The notes below the pieces were generated by a model. That model saw only the letters and a list, made by a program, of their open reading frames with translations, made no database searches and was not told the origin of the DNA. The position numbers were made by a program, and so were the translations under genes. Of a DNA stretch of 64,000 nucleotides, positions 37,606 through 51,475 are shown piece by piece; the first letter of the stretch is position 1; every line of letters begins with the position of its first letter. Source of the stretch: Paramecium tetraurelia (lineage: Eukaryota); NCBI GenBank assembly GCA_000165425.1, contig CT868003.1, positions 1-64,000 of the forward strand, given 5' to 3'.

Positions 37606-39152
37606 TCAATAATTGTAAAATGTGCTGTTATCCTCACCAAATTAAGCAGTCTTGTTTTTTTAATACAACAATTATTATTTCCCTTATTTATTCTTATTCG
37701 GCAACTGTTCCTCCAATTTCTCTGGCATCTCTTGACTTAATGCTCCTAAAAGTGCACATAAAATTAACTATCATAGCAACTACAATCTACCTTAAATACG
37801 AAAGACACATAAAGTAAAATCAAGGCTAATCTATTGGGCCCGTTCTCTATGGCATAATATTTATCAGTCTCAGTGGCTTCACTACCCCAAAACCCTCTAG
37901 AATACTTGATTGCCCACACCAAATCACATAACAATGAGATGCCCACGGCTACAGAATAGTATATCAAACGCTATTTGTAAAGTCTATTGAATTCAAATTC
38001 GATAATGAAGAAGAAGCATATAATTAGCTATGTCGGATATAAATAATTTTACATCCAAAAATTGAGTCTTTCCAAAACAAATAAATACACTAAGTCCCAT
38101 TACAATTAGTATACTCAGGCGCGTATACAATTTGTAATCATATTAAGAACTAACATTATTGATTGGTGTCATCACTAAAGTATTGGGTGGTTAATGGTTT
38201 ATAGCCAGATCTTCTTTTTCTATACTGCGAATGAGTTGAACGTAATTTGGAAAGGGTTCATAGAGTGTAGCGAGATCTTTCTCAAAGTCAATTAGATCAT
38301 CTTAGGCAGTTTTTATTTACTCATTCCAGACCTCGATTTAATGACTCAATGATTTCGAATCGTTAAAGATCCATTATGATCTCAATTTAATTTTGGTCTG
38401 TGTTTGTTATCCATTTTTATCAAATAATTGACAGCAATCTTCAATTTTGGTTTGATTGGTCAAGTGGGACAAGGACAAAGTCACAGTTCCCAGTAATTGT
38501 GGTATGTTAGGATGGTTTATAGTGTAGAAAAACAATTATAATTCTTCGAGGCCAGTTGAAATCTTGCTATAATAATATGACAAACACAGTATTACAAATT
38601 AAGGGTCTTATTCCATTGAAGTGATGGTCCATTTTGTTATTGGATTTCTTATTTTTAATTTTCCAATTTTAAAATTACTGATACATTTTAAGCTGGAAAA
38701 TTGATTCCTTCCAACAATTCAACAGTCAAGTGGCTGTCCTCCTTTATTCCGTATTAATTAACTCTTTCACTATCTTTAATTGACTTAATTATTTTCAATT
38801 CATACATCAAATTGGCTTGATACATATTTTCTTTATTTATTATAATCTAAGATCTGCTTTTTACAACCTTCGATTTTATTCTTCAAGATCTCCTCTGCTT
38901 GGAGAAACACCTTGATAAATTCATCCACAGTGATTTTGTTATTAAAACTTTTGTTCATTCTTTGATATAATTGATCTCCCAATTCTCTATCAAATTGTCT
39001 TCTTAACTAAATTTTGAAGCAGTTTATACTTTCTTATCCAGGCATCTATAAAATTGCTCAATCGATAACAATTCATCGTGATTTATTTCGATTTCCAAAA
39101 ATTCTTTTCTAAGCACATTCGCCTTTTCAATTGCATTAACCGAAGTTTGCAT
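37606..39152 (-). CDS. EF-hand + coiled coil + C2 + multi-TM (AGTRAP-like) membrane protein
   Basis: EF-like RMNKSFNNKITVDEF; C2-like LTVELLEG..LQWNKTLNF..LGTVTLSLSHL; about four TMs including ISLLCDLVW. Confidence 0.75.
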
Positions 39153-39179
39153 TTTATTAATATTTTGAATAAATTAATT

Positions 39180-40866
39180 ATGAAGTTAAAGAAATAATCA
39201 TCTCAAAAGGAGACATCCAAAAAGGAATAAAAAAAGAGTATTATCGAATTATAACATAGTGAGAAGAGGATTCAAAGCCTGTAAGTCCTGCGGATTCGAA
39301 CTTCATATCCACTAAAAAATTTGTAAGAATTGCAATCATGAAAATACATTCGTCAATAAAGTCTCCTTCCCACAATCCAAAAATAACACCATTGATTTTT
39401 TTAAGAAGATAACTGAAAACTAAACCAAAGGTAATTTTCTAGTCTCTCTCTAGTAGCAAATGTAGAAAAGAAAATTAAAAAGGTTCCTCAAAAATTAATG
39501 ACACGCATTCATGTTTTTAAGAAATCTTTCCTCTACAACAATGAAAGCAATTTGGATGAAAATTTAATCAAATCCATATGCAATAATACCACCAAATAAG
39601 AAAGCATCGATCTAATATAAAGAAATGAATTTAAATTAGACAAAAAAGAAATTTTGGTAGACTCCCTTCCTGTTGAAAGCGGTCAATTTCACAAGTTAGA
39701 GAAGGGCTACCTACTTTATTTTGGTTGTTCCCTATTGAACATAGCAATAAACAAAGGTGTCATTTTAGCGAGTATCCAAATGAATTAATATGATAACCAA
39801 TAGTTTAGCTAATTGCATTTATATGGCAAGACATATGAAGGTGATGGAGTATTGGGAATCATACAACAATAAAAAATTAGATACATGCATCATAATGAAG
39901 GTGCCATTACTCAAATCAAATTCTATCCTTAATCAACAACCACAATCGGCACCATCAATGCAAAGGGCAGCTTCACAATGCTATCCTTAATCAACACAAT
40001 ATCTGATAAATTGAAAATACTATGCAAGGTAGATGTTCCTAATCAAATTCTAAATTGCTTCGATTGGTGTCCTTGCAAAGAATAGAAGATATCTGTTGGA
40101 GATTAATAAGGGAACATCTACATCATAGAAATTAAAGGGGAGGACTTTGTAATTGTCAATTTCCTTGAATCATATCACATGGGAATCATCAAGGATCTAT
40201 AGTTTTATATTCATAATGATAACAACTCTCCTTTATTGCTAAGTGGTGGCTATGATGGCAACCTTAAGATAATAAACCCTTCCAATTCTTAGGAAATATT
40301 TAACAGACACATTACTTCAAAGGGAATATCGTAAGTGAAATGGGATAGAGGTGGTAAGTTCATTTTATGCATCAATGATGATCCAAACCAAAAGGCTTTA
40401 ATGTTTTGCTTCTTTTCTATTATAAAAAAGGATTCAATTCAAGTTTTGCAAAACATTGAAAAACGACTCATCCAACCATTAACTGGGGATGATGAGACTC
40501 AAGTAAATGTGTAATATTATATAGAGCTGTGCATATAATCCATTCCACCATAAAATCTACTTTGCCTCATAGAATGGAACCATTTATGGAGCTGATATTG
40601 AGCAAATTAGAAAATAGGCTATTAAAAAGGAGAAGAAACAAACTTATTAATCAGCTGTAGTTCACTTTGGTTAAGTTCTTTTAGAAAACAATACAATTTC
40701 ATACATTACTTCGAAATCTTCAGGAAACTATAAGAAATCTATTCAAGTAGTATTTTGATATTAAAAGTAGTACTACGATTGGAGTTAAGGGTATCATTTT
40801 ATAGATGTAGACGAATCAGGAAATTTAATTTTGGGAAACATTCTAGGAGTTTTAATTATGTTATGA
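39180..40866 (+). CDS. N-terminal zinc ribbon + WD40-repeat protein
   Basis: RRGFKACKSCGFELHIHQKICKNC; WD-like HMGIIKDLQF, LLSGGYDGNLKI, ISQVKWDRGG. Confidence 0.75.
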
Positions 40867-41029
40867 TGCTATATTCATTGAATATCTTATAAATGATTAT
40901 ATGCTACAAACCATCATTTAGAAATACAGATAAAATTAGTCTACATTTAAGAATATTTCATTTTATAATTTTAATTATAAATTATTATTGGTTTTTGTTT
41001 TATCTAAATAGATATCATATTATTATTTA

Positions 41030-41396
41030 ATGTAGAAAAATTGGGGATTCAAAACAGGGTATTAATGATATTCACTACTTGCTTAGTTGTTTAACAATTG
41101 CATCTGGTATAATTATCGCAGCTGCTGGTGGACACAAGCCGTGGCCAATTGAGCAAAAACTAATCTTCGATAGAGGGTTGACGTTCCATTTCTTAAATGG
41201 GATTGGAATGATTATATCATCAGTTCAAGGTGTTAACATATTGCCATTTTCCCTATTTGGAACTGGAGTCTTGCTTTTCTGTGGTCCTCTTTATCACAAA
41301 AGCTTCACTGGGAAAAAGACATTGTCAAATTACTTACCCCCATTTGGAGGTTTTGCCATGATCTTTGGTTGGTTAGTGTTAGCCTTAAAAAAGTGA
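41030..41396 (+). CDS. TMEM256: TMEM256/DUF423 family membrane protein
   Basis: AAAGGHK, FHFLNG, GVLLFCGPLY, PPFGGFAMIFGWLVL; first intron at about 41059-41086. Confidence 0.85.
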
Positions 41397-41485
41397 TTAA
41401 GAATAATATCAATATTTAGATGTTAATATATTGTTCTCTAGTATTCCTCATTATTATATTTTAAGAATTTGTTATTTTATAATCT

Positions 41486-42619
41486 ATGGAAAGTAGAAAT
41501 TTAACTCAATTTCAGCATTATTCTCATAATGGCACCAATCGGTATTCTATATAGAGAATTGTTTATCCTCAATATGCAAGTGGTTTAGTTTAAGAAGAAA
41601 CGGTATCCCAGCATCGAGACTCAACTGATGAGGAATAATTCATAGAAGGAGAGTGTTTTATTTATATCGGGGGCTAATAAATATTTACTATCGAACTTAA
41701 GTAGCCAGATTTTGTGCATTAATAATTATGCATTGATTTAACGAAATACCAATGTCCTTTGGAATGCTTGACTGCTTTCCCATTACCAAATGAGTTTCAG
41801 AATCCCCAAAGAATATTACCATTAAGCACAGGTATATTAGTGGTGAGCAGCGGAAAAAATGGATAGCAAATCAACTTATTTGATGATCAATCGAAGGAGA
41901 TTACCATGAATGTATAAATCACAAAGAGAATAATCTGGATGAATTCAAGATACTTATAAGAGGTCATTATATTAATAGTTGGTTTCAATGATTCAAGCGT
42001 AGGCCTTTTTGAAATTGATATCAAGAATAAATAAATTAAATTGTTGCATGAATTCATTTTTGAACAATTGATTATATTCAATGACATTTCAACTCACAAT
42101 TAAATCTATTACATAGCGTTGACATCCTATAATGGAATCATTTCAATTTTGTCAATCGATCTCTTTTTTAACATCCAACATCATGTTCATAATATTAATA
42201 GAATAACTTCACCTCCTAAACTGTATTTTTAGCACAACAAAGCCAGCTTAATGATTCCCATACAAAATGGAGAAATGTTATAATATCTTGAAATAGGAAA
42301 TTATGGATTAACAAAATGGAATGTAATAAAGTATCAAAATAATAACAAATCTATGATTACAGCATTTGATATAGAACCTAAAAAATGTGATGTGTCTTAA
42401 AATTAGAGTGAAGAATTTGAGATTTGTATGATTCATTTTGATGGCACCCTCAGTTTTTATGATTATGCTGATAACAGTATTTATATTGAAATATCAAAAC
42501 AATTGAATGGCTCCAGATTTTTTGTGTCAAACATGTAGTTGTAATTCAAGCAATTCATATTAATGGGATCGGATGATGAAGTCGAAATATATCAAATGTC
42601 CTTTTATCACATCAATTGA
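41486..42619 (+). CDS. Divergent beta-propeller (WD40-like) hypothetical protein
   Basis: Intronless ORF with repeated strand motifs LIVGFNDSSVGLF, ALTSYNGIISIL, IHFDGTLSFYD. Confidence 0.7.
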
Positions 42620-42775
42620 TTATATTGTTGTTAATCAAAGACAATTTAATTATTTATAATTAGTAGGAGTATTTGTTATCATACACCAATCTTTTATTAA
42701 GGAAGTGATTAGATTGTATCTGTAATTTTATATATTTATATGATAAATTTTTAAGACAAACAAAGATTTGTTAGA

Positions 42776-45700
42776 TCATTTTTCTGTAAGCTCTCTATAA
42801 CCTTTCCAATCTTTGGGAGCTTTTCCGCCACAAGAATGAATAACCTCTAAAAGAGTATTGGATGGTCCATCCTTATGTTCAGGTATCATAGTCTAAATTA
42901 TAGTGCATATTATTTACTAATGTCTTTTAGAAAATGGATTAGGCTTCACCCCAATTTCCTTTAATGTATTAATCAAATCCTTATTTCCAAGTCTCGTAAA
43001 ATTACTAAAATCAATATTTTTCATAATTTACTTAAGTGTATGGTTCTCTAGCAGCTGACAACTCATCATCCTTTTCAAAAAGATCAGTAATACTAATCTA
43101 ATTGTTCATCACTTGCTTCATCTATTGATCTCTCTTGAATCTATTCACAACTCTAAATTTTTTTGAATCTTTTTAAGTCATTTAAGAAACGTCAAATTTA
43201 TCTCTAAGATTCTTGATTTTTGCTTATAAGTTTTTGATTGACATATCCACAGTGTGTAGCTCTAACAATAATGTGATTTCATACCTAGAGGAACAATACT
43301 TCCTTTCACTGTAACAATATCAATCATTCTCATCTGCTTTTAACATTCATCAGTCAAATATTACTTTAGAATACCACTAACGAGAATAAGAGCTCCAAAT
43401 TATTTTGTTGCTGCTTCCAATCTTGATGCCATATTAACATTAGGACTGAGATATGAGGCATCAATTTTAAATCCAGAACCTATGGCTCCTTCAATTCCCC
43501 AACCCATATGTAAACCGAATCCCATTTTCACTGAGTAGTCCTTCATTCTTGCATTGAGTCCCTCATGCTTCTTATACTTCTCAAGCTTTTTGGAGATAGA
43601 GATTGCTGTGATTATTTTGAGAAATGCCATCACTGCCATGTCTCCTTTCTATTTAATGTACCTGTCGGTCTTGAGTTTTAAGTTTCTAGGGTTGTCAGGA
43701 TCAGGATGATAGTCATTAGGAGAATATTTCCAAACGAGTAAAAAGGCATCACCGATATTTTTATTAGCAGATCCGCTCATAGAATCAACGGTCGAGTGGA
43801 CAATCTCAGCAATTTCGTTGACAAAAACCATGACTCCTTATTATAAAACTTCAGTTGCCTAGATATTTATTAAATCTTTTTACATCAGTAAAGTTTCTTA
43901 TGTCACAAAATCCAAAAATTGCCAATATTTTCTTGCCGGGTATCATGGGATCGACACTACCACCTTTTTTAATGTTTTCAGCGATAATTTCTGAACCTGC
44001 TTCACCAAACCCAACAGCTAACAACGCACCTACCTTCATTATTAATCTTTAAAGAACATATGTTTCCATGTGTTTTTCAATCTCTTTCTACTTTAACTTT
44101 TCCACATCCTAAGATTTCTCTAATTCCTCCATAATGAGATCTTCCTATTCTTCGATATTAACTGCCTCAAGCGGATTTGCTGCTATCATCTCTATCTTCT
44201 ACATCATCCCTTCTATTGGATCTATAACCAAATCAGAAACATCTTTATTGAACATCAGGGCTGATACTGCCAGCACTATACACACAAAGATTGTTTAAAA
44301 TATGGACAATATTGCATTAGTTTGATTATAGGCCACCAAGTCAGCTGATGCGTAAATCTGTAGATATGATCCATCAGATTTAACATAATATTGCAAATCT
44401 GAAAATCTATATTAGTCTTTTGTTTCATAGGCAGGCACTTCAAAGATTTCTGGATTAGTGTTATAACTCCATTCATCAAGATCTGTATTGCTGCCTCCTT
44501 TTAAATTCACATTCACACTATAAATTGGATAAATCTCCCCTATATGGAATTGAGAGTATTGATACAAAAGGGATTTCATTACCTCAGAGTTGTCTTTGAA
44601 TTAAAAAATTCTATAAATTCCTGAATCGTAGCTACTGATTGTTTCTTAATAAGTATCTAAGGAAAGAACAGGAATACTTATTAAGATAGCTAAAATGATT
44701 GTAATTACTCTTCTCATAACAAGATCTGATAATTAAGCTCCTACAATAGATTCTTTAATTTAATTTTCTGCCTAAGAAGAAACTTAAGATGATTTTAATT
44801 GAGAGTTAGAACTTCTATCTGGTGTTTTGGCAGCTTCAATATCATTTTGAGAATTATTTCTGGATTCATCATTTTATGGTATTATTTATTAGATGGACAA
44901 ATTTTACTCTTATTATTACTATTACTATTATTATTATTATTATTATGATTATTATTGTTATTATTATTATTATTTATTAGTCTTGACTCTTACTTTATTA
45001 AGCTTGTCTTAAAAGTTCTTGAAGTAACTTTTTTTATTATTCCCTTTCCATTTACTAACGAGCATGCTTATAGAGTTTAACCAATCTGACAAGTCTTATA
45101 ACTCTTATAACCCTAGCAGCCTTTCTTGCAGCTCTAGATGCAGTACCAATAGACTTAATCTATGAAGCACTTGTTAAATCTCCAGAATACCAAGTATCAG
45201 TTATCCAACCTAAATCTAAAATCATTGTTAATGTAGAAATAACATCCAAGATAAAATAAAACTAAAAAATTTGATAATATTTACATTCAAAATATATTCT
45301 GGTTTAGCAATACTGGTTAGGGTAATTTCTATTATAAATGCAACCATGCATATAACAGTTAGTACAAAAAAGACATCATCTCCTTACTTATCCACTGACA
45401 ATATTCTGATATCATCTCCAAATAGAGCATATATAGTGACTATGGCCATGACTATTGAGAATATGGTGTTTTCTGTAATTTTCAGTATCCTTTTTGATAT
45501 ATCTGACTACTGCTTTTATTAAGAGAGTCGACTCTTAACTCTACTGTTCATTCTTTTAATGCGTTTCTATTGGGTTTCTTATAAATTAATAACACATGTA
45601 CATGAATGATGAGGAGATTTAGTGCCTCCTCCTGAACTCTTAACAGAGATGTCATCTTAACTATGATTGGCAGACCCTTAAACAGGCCTTGGTTATTATT

Positions 45701-45996
45701 TTGATTCATCGGCTGCTTGATCAGGCTTCTTAATTAAAGGTTAAGCTTGCTATTTATCAGTTAACTACATATATTCATATATGTACCAGAGGAGCCTAAT
45801 TTTGGGCATTATTTTCTGATGGGGGCTTAACCTGATCTATCAGATGGTAACTGTAGCTACATTATAAAGTGAAAAATACAGGATGAGGTTCAGCAACCAT
45901 TTGATTAAAATTTTTTACAACCTAAGCTGGTACAAATACTTCTCCTAAACCTTAATCATCTTAACCCAACTTTTCTTGGTCATTTTATGCGTTCAT
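42776..45996 (-). CDS. Ion-channel-fused class III adenylyl cyclase (alveolate type)
   Basis: S1-S4 with RAARKAARVIRVIRLVRLVKLYK; catalytic FGFCDIRNFTD, KNIGDAFLLVW, GFGLHMGW, IDASYLSPNVNMASRLE; TPR-like end DGPS..WKGYRELTEK. Confidence 0.95.
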
Positions 45997-46353
45997 ATTT
46001 TAATAAAATAATTATATGATTCATAATAGGTCATATACTCACCCTTATTTCGACATGAAGAAAGAACTTAACAGAAAGAGTCAGCCGATTTTCAATTTCT
46101 ACGAAATAATCATTAATCAAGAAATTCTACAGTGATTTTTAAGTTTGCTAGTTTCATTAATTTATAAAAACTTATAATGCTTTTGAAATATGAAAAATTG
46201 TTACTTTACTTAACCAAATTCCAAATATTTCTCTAACTTCAGATGAATCATTAAATCAAATATTTGTTCCATTTGAAATTAACAAAATGTATATCAATCA
46301 TTGCATAGATTCGGGTTAATTACATTAAAACTAATTAATTTTATTTATATAAT

Positions 46354-47147
46354 TCATAAATAACCAAATTTATCAAAATTTACTAATGTTACATGAAACT
46401 TAACCTTTACATATCCTACAGATTTCACTCGAGTCACCTCTCTTCCTTCACCTGAGGAAATTACTTTATCGAAGTTTTTAAGTTCAGCAGTGTTTCCCAA
46501 CAGATAACCTAAAAATCCTGTGAACCCTGAAATTGGAAGAGGCTTGAATATTCGAATTACTCTTTCGTGACTTGAAATATTATGCATAATTCATACTATC
46601 CTGGTTAAGTTGGAACATGGACCGATCCATAACCTTTAGCAACACTTCTTCCCATAAAATCGGGACCTGAAAGTCTGACTACAACCTAAGGCCACCCGAA
46701 AATGTTTTTAGTTTAAAAATTGCATTCAAAAGGGAAATTCCAAACAATGTTTCTTGAATGCAAATTTCTGGATGTACTTAATTAGGATATTCCACTTGGT
46801 TCTGCATCATCAGCATTGTTCTAATTATATTTTTAATCATACACTAGTTTTCAAATATGCCCAATCATCGCCTCCATATTTCACTGCATATTCTATTCTC
46901 AATGATTCCTCATCTTCGCACTTTATTAATCAAAATAACATTTTACTTCACCACATTCAAGAACTCCACTAAAATTCAAAAACATTGAATCAGGTTATAT
47001 ATTTCTTGGATCCATCATCTCTTCTTAAATTCTTGAAATTCCATCTTAAAATTGCTGAGGTTATGAATATCCAAAGTTTTAATTTGTTTATCCTTTCACT
47101 GACCCTTAATCTGATATATCCTTTTTCTAATTTCTTGTATTCATCAT
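46354..47147 (-). CDS. B9D1: B9 domain transition-zone protein B9D1
   Basis: GISQLS..VWNFPFECNFQTKNIFGWPQVVV..GPDFMGRSVAKGYGSVHVP..GEGREVTRVKSVG. Confidence 0.92.
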
Positions 47148-47761
47148 TATCAATTATTTTATAAATAATTAAATCAATTAAAAGAGTTACTATAATTCAA
47201 GAGTTGTATAATAACTATTCTATTGTGATTAATCGATTTTATTTAGATATGATTATGTAATTATATCTTAATAAACTTAATCATTAATTTATTTTTAAAG
47301 ATATTGCAAAATATAGTATAGCATTGAACCTATCTCACTTTGAAAGTTATCTGAAAGTTCTCATACTTTTGGATATTTGTATTACCAAAAAGTTCTAGCT
47401 CTCTTTAACTTAAAGATCAAACTGATTTATTACTCGAAATCTCAATTAATAATTAATTACGTAATAATAAATTTATTTAAAAAACAATATACCAGTTGAT
47501 GAAAATTATCGAACCTTCAGTTTTTTGATAAATAAATAGAATTTTAGAAAAGATAACCTTAAGTTGTTCATTTAATGATAATTTATAGGTACATATTCTA
47601 CTTTTGAGAAGATGATGTTCTTAATATACATATCATCCAGTTAATAACCCATGCAAAAATTGTTAAAAGAATAACATAATAATTTAAAAAACTAAGGATT
47701 TATAACACTTTTGAATATCAAAATACTTATTCTTATAAATATTACAAAATAATTAATTAGA

Positions 47762-49284
47762 TCAATGTTACAATTAATGTTTAAAAGAGAATGCTTCAAT
47801 ATTATTGAAGTGTAAATTTGCATCATCTTATGCTAATAGATCTAAATCATTGAATGATTCGAACTCTTATTCTACTTATTCGATTGTTTTCATCCTTTCA
47901 TGAAAATGCTTACTAGTCTCTTTGCAAAATGTTGATTATTGTTTCTACATTACTGTTTGGCTTTTCTTTTGATTTCTCGGTAATTATTATTGCATAAACC
48001 TCCGATACTTATCAACTTCAACTATATTTTTATGACTTTATTGGTAATTTATCATTTTGGAAGTTCCCTAAGTATGCATGCTGACTCCCTAAAGAAATTA
48101 AAGGATCAATTTTTACATTTCGACTTCTATTTTCCAAATTTTCAGGTTCAGGAATGATTAAATGAGTGGAAGGCTGCTTTTTAGGATAATCAACAACAGC
48201 AGAGGATCTTTTAATAGTACTTCTTACAACTGGAGGATTACCTAATTAATTTTGGAGAGTTTATTTTTTGTTCTTAACTTCAGCTAATTTCTCCCAATCA
48301 AACATATAGAATGATTCTTCAGACTCTTTTTCATTAATGGTTTTTCTGAATTAATCCTTAAGAAATGCATAATTAGGAGATTCTGAAAATTCCCTCGATT
48401 TTGCATGTTACAACAACAATAAATAGCACTAAATAAAATATTCGATTACCTAAGGGAGTCCTTCAGTCAATTCTTCTAATTTCGTGTTTTTCTTCATCTC
48501 CAATATAGTTTGATATTTCTCATGCTTATCCGCTATTTAGAGATTCATCCATGGAAGTTTTCCCAAGTTTAAATAAATCAAGACATAGGCTAAGCTCTCT
48601 AAATCATCTTTTCTGGATTGCTCAAATCCTTAGTGAGCCGCTATACTTGCGTATCTGGCGGTTCCGATGATTCCCTTTTTATCAGACAAAGGTATATGTT
48701 ATCCATTACTATCTTTAAAATATTTAGCTAATCCGAAATCAATCAGATAGACAATATGACTGTCAAGATACCCAATAACCATATTTTCAGGTTTTAGATC
48801 TCTATGAATGATGTTTTTGTTATGCAGAGATTCCAACCTTTCAATTAATTAAAGAGATAATTTAAGACAAGACAATTAGGAAAAGCCTTTGCTTCTTCTG
48901 AGTAGGTATTCTAAATTATGACCCAAATAAGTGATCATGCAATAATTGTAATTTTCGTCTCTTCCGTAATATTGGATCTATGGGAAACCTTGTTGATAAT
49001 TATATAGTAATGATACCATCGACTCCGCTTAATTCTAGCAATACTTTGATTTCTCTGACCAGCATGCTAGCTGTGCCATTGCTGCGATTCTCTCTTTTCT
49101 CGAATTTAGTAGCCACTATTTCTTTTGTTTCACTATTCTCGGTTTTAAAGATATATCCAAAGCTGCCTTGGCCCACTTTTTCCATCAATATAAACTTGTC
49201 TGCAATGATGGTTCCAGAATGAAGATGGGTGGCGGAATTAGTTTGGAGCTGAGTTTAATGTTTTTTGGTGTTCCGATTCATCAT
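47762..49284 (-). CDS. Casein kinase 1 family kinase
   Basis: [53 protein letters not shown]. Confidence 0.95.
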
Positions 49285-49617
49285 TTGCCAAATTAATATA
49301 ATAATTTATTTCTTACAAAATAATTTGATATGATTATAGTTACTTGAAGTAAGATTGATCAAATCACTTTAAGTGCTATGATTTTATAATAATATAATAA
49401 TAATAATGAATCAATTTAAATTTATAATTTGGATTCTTTACAGATTATCAAAAGACTTCAGTAAATATTGGCAATTTTGATAAGCCAATTTCTATCTTGA
49501 CAATAAAGAAAGAATACGATAGATAATTAATTTTTAATATTATGCTTGTTAACATCTAATCAAATCACATTTTAAAAGTTAAATTAAACTCATAGATCAT
49601 AAGAGTAAATTAATTAA

Positions 49618-50534
49618 ATGAGTTAACTTAGTTTTGTAATTGCTAATGCTTAAGAAGAGATGATCTAAAAGAGAGTCAAATCTCTTAAATTTCAACTCAA
49701 AGCTCTGGGACAGAAGAACACAGTTCTGCAATAAAAAATAAAGGACGTTAACAGAGCTAACTTAGACCACACAAAATCACCTGTTTCTTAATTGCAAGAG
49801 AATCTCCACTTCGATAGAAGGCAAGTCATTGAATTATTCAAACCAATAATTGCGAAAGAGGCAATCTACATTCGAAATGAGAGGTTTAAGTCAGAGCAGT
49901 TCATGATGTAATCAAAGTTGAATGAAATTTAACAGAAAAAAATTAGGGCTCGATAAATTGAATAATTCGATGCTGACGCAATCAGAAGAGTAGCGGAGTT
50001 TAAAGAGAAAAAGGTTACTGAAATTCGTCAAAGAAATGTCACAGAGATTGAAATCAACAAGTCAACCGTTCTGAGGAAGCTTGAACACATCTCTGTTTTG
50101 GAAAATGAAGAAAAAGAATTAATGAACATGATCTAACAGTATTATTTATTCTTAACTTTAGAGCTAAACTAAATACAACCTAGTTGCAGTAAAGATTTAG
50201 CAGAGCCATTACTTAAACAGATGAAAGCTCTATTCTACCCAATATCAGAAAATTCAGCTGTAATTAGAGATTCGAGTCCCCATTTAAAAATCGAACCCCA
50301 AATCACTATTCAGATAAATTCTTGGATCACAGCAACACCAGCAATAAGAAATAGCCCCAATACTTCCTCTGTCGAAGATAATCAAAATCAACTAACAAAT
50401 TAAATAACGCCCAGCAAGAGGAAACGAATGGAACTCCTCAATGGGCAATTCAATTTAAATAATATTACAATATGAGTAATAAGGAGAATTTTGAAGATAA
50501 AGAGGATTCTTAAGAATAATCAACATAATAGTGA
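49618..50534 (+). CDS. Coiled-coil hypothetical protein
   Basis: MSQLSFVIANAQEEMIQKRVKSLKFQLK..; one intron near 50138-50161; start uncertain. Confidence 0.65.
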
Positions 50535-50651
50535 CATTTTTATTTGTATATAAATTCATGATTTATGATTTATGATTTTGCTTTTCTAATTAAATCATTT
50601 TAAGAATAGAGAAAAAACAATTAAAATATTACTATTATATATATATTCTAA

Positions 50652-51165
50652 TCAGGTCAGAGGATGGAATGCGAATTCAATGTCTCTATCTTCTTTTAAT
50701 TGGAGTATGGAATCCTTCAACCATTTCTCAATAGTAGTAAAAGCATCCATGTTATGTTTGATGTCCTTCACCCACAAAGCCATTTAAATGAATCCTTTCT
50801 TTGTATGGCAAACAATCCCGTTTATAAATTCATCATAATCACAATCTGCCCCAACAAATGACAGCAACAATTCCTCAAGAATTTAATTACCAAGACTTTT
50901 TCTGACTTTGAAGATGAATCTCCCTCCAAATTTATTCTATGGGTCTTCCCAAACAGGTGTGATGTTCTTTTTGAATAAAAATATTTAATTGCCCTCTGGC
51001 TATTATTCTGGTCGAACAATATGTTAATAATATGCCCAAAAATCTTCTGCAGTAGAAAATGATCCTTAATTGTCAATTTGCAAACATACCAATAACTTCT
51101 TAAACATATTGCCCTTATTTAAAGGTTCCTAACCAAAAAGTGAAATCCGAACCTAATTAAAGCAT
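50652..51165 (-). CDS. Compact eIF4E-family cap-binding protein (class II/4EHP-like features)
   Basis: DFTFW..GSFSTAEDFWAYYQHIVRP..LFKKNITPVWEDPQNKFGGRF..INGIV..MALW..FHP; one intron. Confidence 0.88.
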
Positions 51166-51475
51166 AATTTAATAATAATATAAATTTATAAAAACTCATG
51201 GGTTTACAAATAATAAATCGACCTTAAAACATTTTAGATCTCATCCATTATGACTCATTGAAATATTATTTAAAAAATTCAATATCTAACATTAATATTA
51301 TCAATGATTTAAACAATATATTTCTAGGTAGTTTCTATCAAGATGAAATTAAAATTGTAAGGGATGACAGAAAGAACATGAGAATCTGAACAAGAATAGT
51401 TGTATCTTAAAGCAAAAATAGAAATAAATTAGCCTGACTTTTTTAATCATATTTTACAAATATATATTAATATAA

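Noticed and set aside
44905..44985. (TTA)n microsatellite-like array
   Set aside because: It is a run of TAA/TAG Gln codons (poly-Q linker) within the adenylyl cyclase on the minus strand.
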